Translations under genes and position numbers: made by a program | Assembly (NCBI RefSeq): GCF_004010195.1 | Contig: NC_057718.1 | Span: 18,499,689-18,563,688, forward strand | Length of the DNA stretch: 64,000 bases | From: Chiloscyllium plagiosum | Lineage: Eukaryota | Direction of reading: 5' to 3' | Notes under the pieces: generated by a model | What the model was told of the DNA's origin: nothing | The model's input: the letters and a program-made list of their open reading frames with translations, nothing else | The model's database searches: none | Part shown: positions 25,011 through 36,626 of the stretch, piece by piece | Layout of the letters: every line of letters starts with the position of its first letter | Numbering within the stretch: position 1 is the first letter of the stretch

Positions 25011-25829
25011 AGTTTTACCTAGTTACTGATATAACCAATGATATACAATGTCTATACTAGGTTGTGAATAAAAAGTTCCATCAACTAAGTTTCTTCAGTA
25101 AACCACAAAATCATTGATTTACTACAACAAGACATATTTACATTGGCATGCCACAGGGGTCAGTGCTAGGCCTCAACCCTTTATAACTTGGACAAAGAAT
25201 TTGGCTAAAGGGATCAAAGGGAGCTACATTTACTCATATCACAAAGATAGGTAGGAAAGTAGGTTGTGAAGAGGATATCAGGAGTCAACAAAGGAATATA
25301 GATATGTTAAGTGAGTGGTAAATGAGGTATAATGTAGGAAAATCTGAACATATTAAATTGAAGACCAACTAAATCACGAAAACTAAGGGCTCTCCCCTTC
25401 ACCATCACAATGAAATCATTTCTCCCTCCCTCTGCCCAACCACTCCCTCTCCCTTTACCCACACACAGATGTGCAAACCTCTGAAGGATGCAAAACAAAG
25501 ACAGAAAAAAAATCACTCAAGACTAATAAAGGAAATGTATGTTCTGGAAGGTTCCTATCCCACCCTCTCAAGTGATCACATTATGGAATTATTCATATTT
25601 TATTTTTAAAATTCTGCTTTCCACCAGGAAGCCACTGCCCTGACTGCAGCCTTCCATAGTGAAGTCAAAATACTCAAAGTCAATGATGTCTCCATCATCA
25701 AGCCCAGAATATTGCATTGCTTTATTTTGGGAAAACCTTGGTGATTTTGACCAATTAGTATTTTCAGACAATGGTACATTGTAATGTCACTGGAAGGAAC
25801 CATAAGATAACCATAATGTCATAAGACCA

Positions 25830-26815
25830 TGAGAAATATGAACAGAAGTAAATGGTAAATGATTTGGCCCATCAAGTCTGCTCCACCATTCAATCATGTG
25901 TGATTGTCTTCTCAATCCCATTCTCCTGCCTTTTCTCTGTAACCCTAGATCCCCTTTCTAAGCAAGAACCTATCCATCTCTGTCTTAAATACACACAATG
26001 ACTTGGCTTCCACAGCCCTCTGTGGAAATTACCACCCTTTGGCTGAAGAAATTCCTTTTCATCTCAGTTCTAATGGTTTGTTTCTTCATTTGGAGGCTGT
26101 ACCCTTGGGTCCTAGTCTCTCCTACTAGTGGAGACATCTTTATGTCCACTATCCAGGCCTCTCAGTATTCTGTAAGTTTCAATAAGATGCCCCCCAATCT
26201 TATAAACTCCATAATTAAGGTCCTCAAATGCTCCTCATGTGACAAGCCCTTCATCCCCGTGGTCATTCTTGTAAATCTCTTCTGGATTCCCTCCAACATC
26301 AGCACATTCTTCCTTAGATGTGGGCCCAAAACTGCTCTTGGTATTCCAAATACAGTCTGACCAGAGCTTTATGCAGCCTCAGCAGAACATTCCCACTCTT
26401 GTATCCTCGTCTTCTTGAAATGAATGCTTCCATTGCAATTGCCTTCCTAATTGCCAATGGAACCTGGATGTTAACCTTCAGAGCATCCTGAACTAGGACT
26501 CCTAAGTCCCTTTGTGCTTCAGATTTCTGAAGCGTTTCCCCATTTAAAAAGTAGTCTTTGTCTTTATTCTTCCCCCCAAAGTGCAAAATCTCACACATAG
26601 CCACACTGTATTCCATCTGCCACTTCTTTGCCCATTCTCCCAGTCTGTCCAAGCCTTCTGTAGTCTCCTAACACAACATATCCTTTCACCTATCTTTGTG
26701 CCATATCAAAACCTAGCAACAAGGCCCTCAGTTCCTTCATCCTAATTGTTAAAATATAGTGTGAATGAAGATATGTATTCTCAACACTGATCTTTGTGGA
26801 AATCCACCAGTCATC
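25830..26815 (-). mobile_element. CR1 LINE 3' fragment
   Basis: ORF DRLGEWAKKWQMEY...QRDLGVLV...LVRLYLEY; reverse tail near 25830-25900. Confidence 0.9.
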
Positions 26816-28662
26816 AGGGGTCAGTGTTGGGATCATGACTATTCACTATTCTATATCAATAGTGGATTTAGAAGAAGTCAATAAGCTCCTACGACCCTCC
26901 CCACCTGAAAGTCCTCCTCTGTTATGATGTACAAGTTCCAGAGGCACAACTCTGACAAAGCATTTTAATGCAGTGGTCCTTACGCCCAACCTACACCAGC
27001 CACTCAGCCTTCATGCTGTCATGTGAGTGTTGTTGGAGAATTCATGGTCTCTAATCTCTATTTATCAGTATGTTAAAGGGTCAATGGCCCAAATGGCAAC
27101 CTAAAACAATTGTGGTTGTAGAAATGGTGGTTAATTTAGATTTCTTTGAATTGGCCCCTCATTAAGAATTGTTCATTGTGCCAGTCATTTCATAGTGATC
27201 AAGGCTGCCTAATGTTTATGTCTCAACTATTTTATTCTGGTTGTTCAGTCATATTGAACACCACATGGTCCTGTAGGATCTTCTGCTTAGGTCCTCGTCT
27301 CTTGTCTTGGACATGAATGTGTTGCCTCATGGGGTTTCAGAAGTTTGTGTATTTTTACATGCCCCATGTCATAGAAACATAGAATAATATATCACAGATG
27401 GAGGCCACTTGGCCCATCATCTTTGTGATTACTTTATTAAATTAGACCCATTCTCCTGCTTTAATATTTGGGTCCTGTGGGAAAGAAGCTGCTGTGCTCA
27501 TCTGGTTGATGGTGAAACAAATGATGCACTTGGGAGAGAGCTGATCCACATTTACTCTTGACTGGGTATGTAAGTGTGTTCTAAGCAGGCATTTCATTCC
27601 TGATACTGTAACAGGAAAGATAGAATCATGTCTTCCTTAGTTGAGAAATCCTTTAGTCATTGGAGTTGATCTTCAGCTACATAAAATAGTTCTCCGATAT
27701 TCCTGCCTAATCATTAAATTGTTGGCCGGTGGCATTTCATGCTTGTTGTTTTTAATTTTATGAATTTACGTGCACATTTAAGAAAGCAGATGCCAGTTTG
27801 TAATTTGTCATTCTTGGCATTCTGGGATCAGGTGTAACACAGCTGGCTGCTCGGTGAAGCTTCCTTTTTTTTGCTCTAAAAACCCACTTTAGGTCCTGGG
27901 ACGAAATGAAAATGACTCCATGTCTCTTCAGCGCTGTCTGAGTCTGGCCATTAATTTAGTGCCAGCGTTGGTAATGGTTCTAGTTGGACCAGGACCTGGG
28001 TCACAGACGATCAAAAATGATCTCTTGGAGGAAAAGCGGTGGGTAGAGTGGGGTTGGGGTGTGTAGGGTTATGGGGGGCGGGGGGGGGTCAGCTTAGGCA
28101 AACATCAAATCAAGGAGACTTTCATCATTTGGGTTGGTTTAAGCCAGGCCCTAGAGTCTAAGGAATAATGACTAACTCACTAATTTATTTCAGCAACTGT
28201 CAGATTTCATTCTAAATAATAACTTCATATGTAGCCATGCTGTACTGCATCTTCCATGTATTTGCCCATTCACTTAACCTGGGCTGAGTCACCTTGAAGC
28301 CTCCTTACATCCTCTTCACAACTCACAATCCCACTCCGTTCTGTGTCGTTAGCAAAGTTGCATCTGGGTAAATTGCATCTGGTTCCATTGTCCAAACATT
28401 TATATATATTATGAATAGCTGGGGTCCTTGTGGTACCTCACGAGTCACTGTCTGCCACACAAGGAAAGGCCCAACTAATAGCTTTATAGACCAAAGCCCT
28501 CATTTACATTCAGACTCAGATATTCAAATGCTTTCTTGGCCGGACTCATATGTGTTGCCTCCGCTCATCCCCCTGATGCCTGTATCCTGGACTACACCAC
28601 AGCCCACTCACTTATCATTTTTGTATTGCTTATCTGCATTGGCTCCTAATCAAATACTAACT

Positions 28663-28778
28663 CATAGAGTCATAGTTGTAGAGTCATAGAATCATACAAC
28701 ATGGAAACAGACCTTTCAGCCCAACCAGTCCATACTGACCATGTTGCCAAATTAAATTGGTTCCATCTGCCTGCTCAA
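28663..28778 (-). mobile_element. CR1 3' tail
   Basis: CATAGAGTCATAG...CATGGAAACAGACC, the reverse of the tail at 24050-24103. Confidence 0.8.
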
Positions 28779-29053
28779 AGTTAAAGTTGTCATCCCTATG
28801 ATCAACTCCTTCTGTGGCCTTGTCACTCCCAATTTTGCACAATCTCCTCCAGGCCTCTGATCCTTAAAGAAGCCTGCACTCTTCCAATTACAGCCTTTTA
28901 CATTTCTCTAGCTTTAATCGGTTCTGCCAATGGTAAAGATGCCTTCAGTTGCTTTGTTCCGAAGTTCTGAAATTCCTTCCCAAATCTCCCACCTTATCTA
29001 CTCTCTTTTCTGTTAGGGTGTTCCTAGTTTCAGCCAAGCTTTCAATCAAGTGT

Positions 29054-29239
29054 AAAAATCAAATGAATTGCAGATGCTGTAAATCAGAAACAAAATCAGG
29101 AGTTGCTGCAAAAGCTCGGCAGGTCTGACAACATATGTGAAATTCTGAGGAAGGATCACCAGACCCGCAATATTAACTCTGATTTCTCTTCATGGATACT
29201 GCCAGACCTGCTGAGCTTTTCCAGCAACTTCTGCTTTTG
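29054..29239. mobile_element. Head-to-head Penelope termini, family C
   Basis: Degenerate core CTGAGGAAGGATCACCAGACCCGCAA; perfect 14-bp TSD TTTCAATCAAGTGT at 29040-29053 and 29240-29253. Confidence 0.87.
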
Positions 29240-29272
29240 TTTCAATCAAGTGTGCTGCTCTGTCCTTACATA

Positions 29273-29486
29273 GGAGAAAGTGAGGACTGCAGATGCTGAA
29301 GGTCAGAGCTGAAAATGTGTTGCTGGAAAAGCACAGCAGGTCAAGCAGCATCCAAGGAGCAGGAGAATCGATGTTTCGGGCATGAGCCCTTCTTCAGGAA
29401 GAAGAGCTCATGCCCAAAACGTCGATTCTCCTGCTCCTTGGATGCTGCCTGACCTTCTGTGCTTTTCCAGCAAACACATTTTCAGA
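29273..29486. mobile_element. Head-to-head family A termini
   Basis: Perfect 14-bp TSD TCTGTCCTTACATA at 29259-29272 and 29487-29500; tailed arm (-), tail-less arm (+). Confidence 0.92.
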
Positions 29487-30779
29487 TCTGTCCTTACATA
29501 CCTCAGGATTAAGGTCTGCTTGATAACATTCCTGCGAAGTGATTTGGGACTTTATTGCATGACAAGTGAGCTGTTAAAATGCAACTCATTGTTGTTGCAA
29601 AACCAACTGGATGTTTGCTGGATCATTTTTAACAAATACTTCCAACAAGTAGAAAGTGGGATAGGCAAGTAATTATAGAACATTACAGCACAGTTGGAGG
29701 CCATTCAGCCCAATGTGCCTGCACTAGTGATTTGATGGAGCTATTAAACTAATCCTATTGCCCTGCCCTGTCCCCAAAGTTCTGTAATTTTTTCACATAT
29801 TTCTCCAATTGTCTTTTGAATTGTATTTGAATTGAATTATATTGAATCTGTTATTGGTATTATCATGCTATGTGCAGGACCATAAATATAGCAACAATTT
29901 AGTTCTTCAACTGAGATAACCATTCACAGAGACAACATGATGTGATACTTAGTTTTGATGTGTTTACACAACAGTGTCCTCGGTGTAATCCTGAGTGAAT
30001 TCCAAAGCCTTCTCAGGGGCCATCCAGCATAACAGTTAGCACAGCGTGATGTCTACAGAAATACACCTTCCCTACAATATTCTGAGACATGACAACTCCC
30101 AGAGCTATTCTCCAGGGAAGTGCTCTTTGTGTTTCTCTGCACTTAGCACAGCAGACCCATGCTATTACTTGGAGAGATGTATCAAAATAAATCACATGTC
30201 TGCATTTTTACATATTATTGAGAACAGCTCTAATGCCTTAATGTTAACAAAGTGGGTCTTCTGAGCACACCAGGTTCCCCCTAACACAGAGATAGCAAAG
30301 TTAATCCCTTGGTGCTTCTCAAACATTTCCACCCACAAATCACTGAAGTAGCACACGCCCCCCCCGGCTCTACCTCAACCTGCTCTCACTTGGCACCTCA
30401 AAAATACTCATCAGAATCACTGATGCCATTTTCGATACAGTGCCAATGAGGTGAGGTCTGGTCCCAAGCTGGTGATATTCATTCTTCTATCAGGCTTCAC
30501 ATTCAGTCAGTTCCTCTTTTCTGTTTGCAACCTCACAAGTATTGAAAAGCCAATCCCTCTGTTCTATGATATTGGGAATGATAGTAGTGCTTCAGAGCTG
30601 CATTGCTCATTCCAGGATTGTACATGGGGCCAAAGTTAAGTGAAAGTATCCATGCTGAATACCAACTTCAATGGGTTGTGTGTTGGAACAATCTGTGGAC
30701 CATTCAGTGAACCACAGCTTGAGAATCACTTCCTTAGCACACAATGGAGGTAAGATTCAACATCATTCAGTTGAGTTTT

Positions 30780-31115
30780 TTTAATTCTTTTCATGGGATG
30801 TGAATGTCACTGTCAAGGCCAGCTTCTGCAGTTCATCCCTAATTGCAACAACTCAGCCATTTCAGAGCACAGCTCTGTGAGTCAGCCATGTGAGTGTGGG
30901 TCTGGAATCACATGTAGGCCAGATTGGATAAGGACAGCAGATTATCATCCTTAAATGATCTCAGTAATCCAAATTGGGGTTTTATGAAAGTAGATTATAA
31001 TCATAGTTTCATAGTCACCTGAGACAAGGTTTCAGTTTCAGATTTTTCAAATTAATTAATTTAATTTAAGTATTACCAACTGTCATGATAGCATTTGAAT
31101 ACTAGTCCTATGAAA
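30780..31115 (-). mobile_element. SINE family B
   Basis: TTCATGGGATGTG...GGTCTGGAATCACATGTAGGCCAG...GGACAGCAGAT. Confidence 0.65.
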
Positions 31116-31694
31116 TTACTCTGGCTTTCCTGTTGCCATAATGGGAGAACAATGTGAAAGATTGAGAACCATTGTTGATTTTATTCCTCCATCAACAGTT
31201 GCCTAGCAACCTGCTTTGCTCTAAAATATTTTATGGGGAATTCTGTGGTGTTTCAGGCACTTCCAAGGTTGCTTATGATGGATAAACCAGAGCAACAAGT
31301 ATCAAAGTATACAGTGCTGTGATCTTGCTGGCTAGTAGTATTATTCTGTGTAACTTTATTTGGTACATAAAGGCCATTTACAGGCATTACTGAAGACTTT
31401 TTTCTTTCAGCTATAGTAATTTTTTAATACAGTGATGTGTAAGAAGGGACTGCTGTTTTTATCTGAAATTGTTCTAGTGTTTGCAAGTGCTGCTGTCCAT
31501 ACAAACCCCAATCTCTACTCAACCATGACTATGCATCATCCAACTTTGTGCTCGTTTGTAGAAAATATACTCAGATTACTCAACCTTGTCTTGGAGGTAG
31601 CTGGTGCTGTATCAGTTTAAATAAATCACAGTTCAGCATACTATAGTATGCCAGATATCTTTGCTCAAAATACTGAATGGACCAGGCTACTGAG

Positions 31695-31975
31695 GGGTGG
31701 CACAGTGGCTCAGTGGTTAGCACTGCTGTCTCACAGCCTCACAGCTGCGTCCCAGCTTCAATTCCAGCCTTGGGCGACTGTATGTGTGGAGTTTGCACAT
31801 TCTCCCTGTGTCTCTGTGGGTTTCTTCCCACAGTCCAAAGATGTGCAGATCAGGTGAATTGGCCATGCTAAATTGCCCACAGTGTTAGGTGCATTAGTCG
31901 GAGGAAAATAGGTCAGGGTGGATTACTCTTTGGAGGGTCGGTGTGGACTTGTTCCACACTGTAGGGAATCTAATC
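31695..31975 (+). mobile_element. HE1/V-SINE
   Basis: GGCACAGTGGCTCAGTGGTTAGC head, V-domain, AATCTAATCT tail. Confidence 0.88.
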
Positions 31976-33459
31976 TGACCACGTTAGGAGCAGACTAAGG
32001 GTAGTAAAGAATTTGCATTTATATAGCAATGTACTTTCATTATCGCAAGACATCAAAGTATTTTTACAGTTAATAAAATGTAATTTTTAAGTCTAATGGC
32101 TGCTGTTATGGGGGCCAATTAGTGCACAACAAGTTGCCACAAATATCACTGTAGTAAGGAACGGATCATCTATTTTGGTGATATTGCTGTGGGGGAAAGT
32201 AATGTCACCAGATGAGAAATCTGCTGTAAACTTTATAAAATTCACTAACTGCTTTTGTCACTGTTTCTCGGGGGTGTGTGATTGAGGTGCCTTAACTCAC
32301 CGAGACTCAGACAAAGAACTGAAAAATGGGACCTAGCTACATATGGGCCAGCAGGGACATGATCAGCTCAATGCCCCTTTGTGCTGGAAATGTCTAGCAT
32401 TCTCTGATGTTAGGAGTTTCATAGTCAATGAAGGGTGGGAAGAGGGGTATTTCTTTAATGTAGTGTGATGGTATAACTGAGCTGATGCAAGCAGAGGATA
32501 CCTGTCCCTAATTCTCACTGACATCAATAAAAATAGATGGGGGCTGAAGGGGTGTTGTGGTTTGGGGATGCAAGGCAGGAAGCTCACCTGTGACCGCCCA
32601 TTTAGCACTAAGTCAAAAACTGCCCCCTATTACTATATGATCAAGGGCCATTCTATCTAGAATGTAGGGTGGAGTGTATCCTAGGTTACCATGAAGATCT
32701 CACCTTCTCAATCTTGCCCCTCGCCCAAGATGTGATGACACTCTCTCTAATGAGACAGCAGTGCTACGGTTCTCTGGTAATTTGCTGAGTTTATCTGTAT
32801 TCTGGTTAATGTTTGTAACTGCTCTGAGACTGACTGTGAGCAGAGACTGGGAGAGCTATGAATGCTATTAGCTTGCTTCCTGTGCTTTTACATTCATTTT
32901 CCTGGATGCAGGACTATTCCTGACTGTAGTCAGTTATCTCCCTGCAGGAGCTGCCATCCTCACATGTTGGAGTAACCGTGACCTGCTCCTTCACAACCAT
33001 TTTACCAGAGTATCAAAAACAATGCTTGATCTTCCCTGGAATGTAGACCTCATTGTCCCAACACCAGGAGGAGCAACAATGGTTCTCTGTAGCCATGTCG
33101 CACTGCACTGTCCCCTTTTCCTCACAATAGATATAGTGTTGGGCAGTCAATTAAAATCAGTGATTTCCCACTGAAAAATCCCCCTAGCTGTTCCCACTTG
33201 GCAGCCAAAGAATTTTCTGCATTTATGTAGGCAGTAAGCCAACCTGTGCTGATTCCAAATAGAGCACTGTACATTTGTCACATAAGCATGATTGAAAGCT
33301 TGAGAAAAAACCTTGACTCAAACTTTGAGCACATGGTTGGATGTAACATTTGCTGCACTTGTCCTTGATGTATATTGCCATTGTTTAACCAAGAGGCACC
33401 TTTAAAAAACACAGGGCACAGGTAATCACAGTGAGAATCTCAACCTCAATATATATTCT

Positions 33460-33728
33460 GGCAGCATAGTAGTTAGCACTGATGCCTCACAGTGCCAAGG
33501 GACCGGGGTTCAATTCCATCCTTGGGTAACTGCGTGGAGTTTGCACATTCTCTCCATGTTTATGTGGGTTTCCACTAGGTACCCTGGTTTCCTCTCTTGT
33601 GCAGGTTAGGTGGATTGTCCATGGTAAATGCAGAGTTACAGTAATAGGATCAGGACTAGGTCTGTGCAAAAAGCTCTTCAGAGAGTTGATGTAGACTCAA
33701 TGGGTTGAATGGCCTCTTTTTGCACTGG
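33460..33728 (+). mobile_element. HE1/V-SINE, older
   Basis: GGCAGCATAGTAGTTAGCAC...GGTTCAATTCC...GGAGTTTGCACATTCTC. Confidence 0.75.
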
Positions 33729-34139
33729 ATGAATTCAGTGATATGGAGTCATAGAAATCCTACAGAACGTGCAGCTATTCACCTCTTCATGCTTGTACCA
33801 GTTGTAAGTGCTGTCTAATTCTGGCCTATTTCCAAACCCCTCTTTCAGCACTAACATGTCCATTGGAATGTCCTGTGGAATCTGCTTGTGTACAGGGTCT
33901 TGGCACATGCACCATGTGGCATCTTGTATCCCACAGATCTTCCAATGCACCTGTGCTAACCAGCATGCATAGCACTGTGCCGTGTGAAACTATTCCATGT
34001 TCCTTCAGAGATCCGAGAACACAGTCCAGGATCAGCTGCAGTGATCAATAATTCATTTTGTACACTCTGAAAGCAACCGCACTTCAAGTCTCTCCATCGT
34101 TGTTTGGAAGAGTTCTGAGAAGTGGCGTGCAAAGGTACA

Positions 34140-34311
34140 GAAACAAAAGTATGATGCCGCAGATGCGGGAAATCTGAAATACAAACAGAAAATGCTGGAG
34201 AAACTCAGCAGGACTCCAGTTATGAAGAAGAGTCATATCAAAACATTATGTTTTTTTAATCTATGGATTCTGCCAGATCTGCTGAGTGTGTCCAGTACTT
34301 TCTGTTTTCGT
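34140..34311. mobile_element. Old head-to-head Penelope termini (family C-like)
   Basis: GAAAATGCTGGAGAAACTCAGCAG inverted against CTGCTGAGTGTGTCCAGTACTTTC; decayed core TATGAAGAAGAGTC; AGGTACA in both flanks. Confidence 0.7.
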
Positions 34312-35429
34312 AGAAAGAGGTACATCTATCCTCTTGTATCACTAGTTTCTATACACTGAGCCAATTAGATCCAATTAATGTTGACAAGCAAGACTTGTTT
34401 TTTTTTAATTTCTTGTTCTTTGAGTGTTGAACAGGCAAATGGGTCCCCCAACTGACAGCCCATCTATTAATACTCCACAAACATATCAACAGATTCTGGT
34501 ATGAGCAAGACTTGTTGACAGAGCGGATAATATTTGTGATAGGCTGGGATTAAATGAAGAGGCATAAGTCACTACTATCCTAATGCACAGGACAGCAGTA
34601 AAGGGAGACATTTAAATGGGCATATACAGTGACAGGAATTCAAAGCTAGAATGGAGGAGTCGGAGGTAGGAGCATGGAGGAAATCACAGCAAGTTCTGGC
34701 AAGGTGGAAGATCAGATTGGATCCTGGCAGAGGAGCAGGATGACAGAGAACTGTTGCTGACAGCACTGTCAAAGCAATCTGAAAGAAAAGGAATCAGCAG
34801 AATCCATGGTGAGCTCAATGTTGAATGTCATGAGAACTTCACCCTGGCAATGTGGTGCAAATGTAATTGAGTGCCTGCTTAGTCAATTATATATACAGAC
34901 TGCATTTAAAGTGCCATTAATCCTGAGGTAGTGCGTGTCAACTGAACAGCTCAGACCATATGTAAACCTTTCTACTGACTACTGATGTTAGCCCATTTGT
35001 GTACAAGATGAACAGTACTTACTTTCAAATAAAGCAAGGGATGAGTGTTTGACTATAGTCAGCAAAGTGATTTGATTTACAGCAGTGCCTTGTGCACCTC
35101 ATTTCATTAGAGAGTACACAAGTAAAAGAAAATCTGTTTAGATTGATACGTTAGTCCTATTTATGTAGTCTCTGTTCTTGGAGGCTCAGTGACAGATGGT
35201 GACTAAATTCACGCTCAGCTCACCCGATTGCATTAGCCTGACTGAACCATGCCTAAGAAACCACAGTAGTGCTTGATGCATTAATGTAAATTACTGCATG
35301 TCCAAAGCTTCCTCGATTGGGAGCAGTGCATTAGCACAGATTGGCTGAAGCACCAATCAAGCAAACTATTAGGAAACGCTTTCAGATTAATGGCATCATT
35401 TAAATACTGCAAGCTGTAATGTGACAGAA

Positions 35430-35705
35430 ATAAGAACACAATAAATAGGAGCAAAAGAAGACCACACGGCTCACTGAGCTTGCTCTTTCATTCAATACGA
35501 TCATGGCCAATCTTTGGCTTCAAATCCACTTTCCCACCATTTCTTAGATATTCACTTGATGGTCCAAAGAATTGTCTACCCAACCTAAAATATATTTGAC
35601 AATGCAGCCTTATCCCGTGGGCTACAGGATTCCAAAGACTCACAACACTTTGAGTGAAATAATTTTTCCTTTTCGCCTGAATGATCAGCTCCATATCTTC
35701 AGAGT
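35430..35705 (-). mobile_element. CR1 3' end
   Basis: Minus ORF KNYFTQSVVSLWNP; reverse tail AAATAGGAGCAAAAGAAGACCA. Confidence 0.7.
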
Positions 35706-35840
35706 GTCCACCTTCCCCAATGCTAAACCTGGCTTTACCATTGAGGAGGGTCCTGACCTTTACCCTTTTACTAGGCTAACTTAGGCAAAAAGATTGGAGA
35801 GTTTGTCATTGACTGAGCTGCAGGTCATCTCAGCCAAGGC

Positions 35841-36626
35841 GAAAGTGAGGACTGCAGATGCTGGAGATTAGAGTGGTGCTGGAAAAGCACAGCAGGTCAG
35901 GCAGCATCCAAGGAGCAGGAAAATCAATGTTTCGGGCAGGAGCCTTTCATCAGGAATGAGGCTGGGAGCCTCGGGGGTGGAGAGATAAATGGGAGTGGTT
36001 AGGCTGGGGAGAAGGTAGCTGGGAGTGCAATAGGTGGATGGAGGTGGGGGTAATGGTGATAGGTTAGAGAGGAGGGCAGAGTGGATAGGTGGGAAGGAAG
36101 ATTGACAGGTGGGACAGGTCATGACGATGGTGCTGAGCTGGAAGTTTGGAATTGGGGTAAGGTGGAGGAGGGGAAATGAGGAAATTGGTGAAGTCCACAT
36201 TGATGCCCTGGGGTTGAAGGGTTCTGAGGCGGAAGATGAGGTGTTCTTCCTCCAGGTGTTGGGTGGTGAGGGAGTGGCTGTGGAGGAGGCCCAGGACCTG
36301 CAAGTCCTTGGCAGAGTGGGAGGGAGAGTTGAAATGTTCAGCCATGGGGAGGTGGGGTTGATTGGTGTGGGTGTCACGGAAATGTTCCCTGAAGCACTCC
36401 GCTCCACGCTCCCCTCCAACCTATCACCTTTACCCCCTCCTCCATCCACCTATTGCACTCCCAGCTACCTTCTTCCCAGCCCCACCCCCTCCTATTTATC
36501 TCTCCACCCCCGAGGTTTCCAGACGCATTCCTGATGAAAGGCTCCTGCCCGAAACGTCGATTTTCCTGTTCCTCGGATGCTGCCTGACCTGTTGTGCATT
36601 TCCAGCATCACTCTAATCTTGACGCC
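35841..36626 (-). mobile_element. Penelope-like insertion: GIY-YIG C-terminus, 3' repeat and inverted copy of that repeat
   Basis: AEHFNSPSHS...LEEEHLIFRLRTLQPQGINVDF on minus (35841-36397); inverted repeat at 36398-36626; perfect 15-bp TSD CATCTCAGCCAAGGC at 35826-35840 and 36627-36641. Confidence 0.93.
36526..36562 (+). ncRNA. Minimal hammerhead motif (family A)
   Basis: ATTC-CTGATGA(36531-36537)-AAGGCTCCTGCCC-GAAACGTC-GATT; stem II has one mismatch. Confidence 0.65.

Larger units (their letters stand above)
28778..29597 (+). mobile_element. Old L2-type LINE 3' end carrying two Penelope insertions
   Basis: GCCTTCAGTTGC...GTTCTGAAATTCCTT and tail GTGAGCTGTTAAAATGCAACTCATTGTTGTTG. Confidence 0.55.

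Noticed and set aside
26757..26850. Short inverted CR1 segment at the 5' end of the minus-strand copy as classic twin priming
   Set aside because: The inverted piece duplicates sequence already present and is quite diverged, so an independent fragment cannot be excluded.
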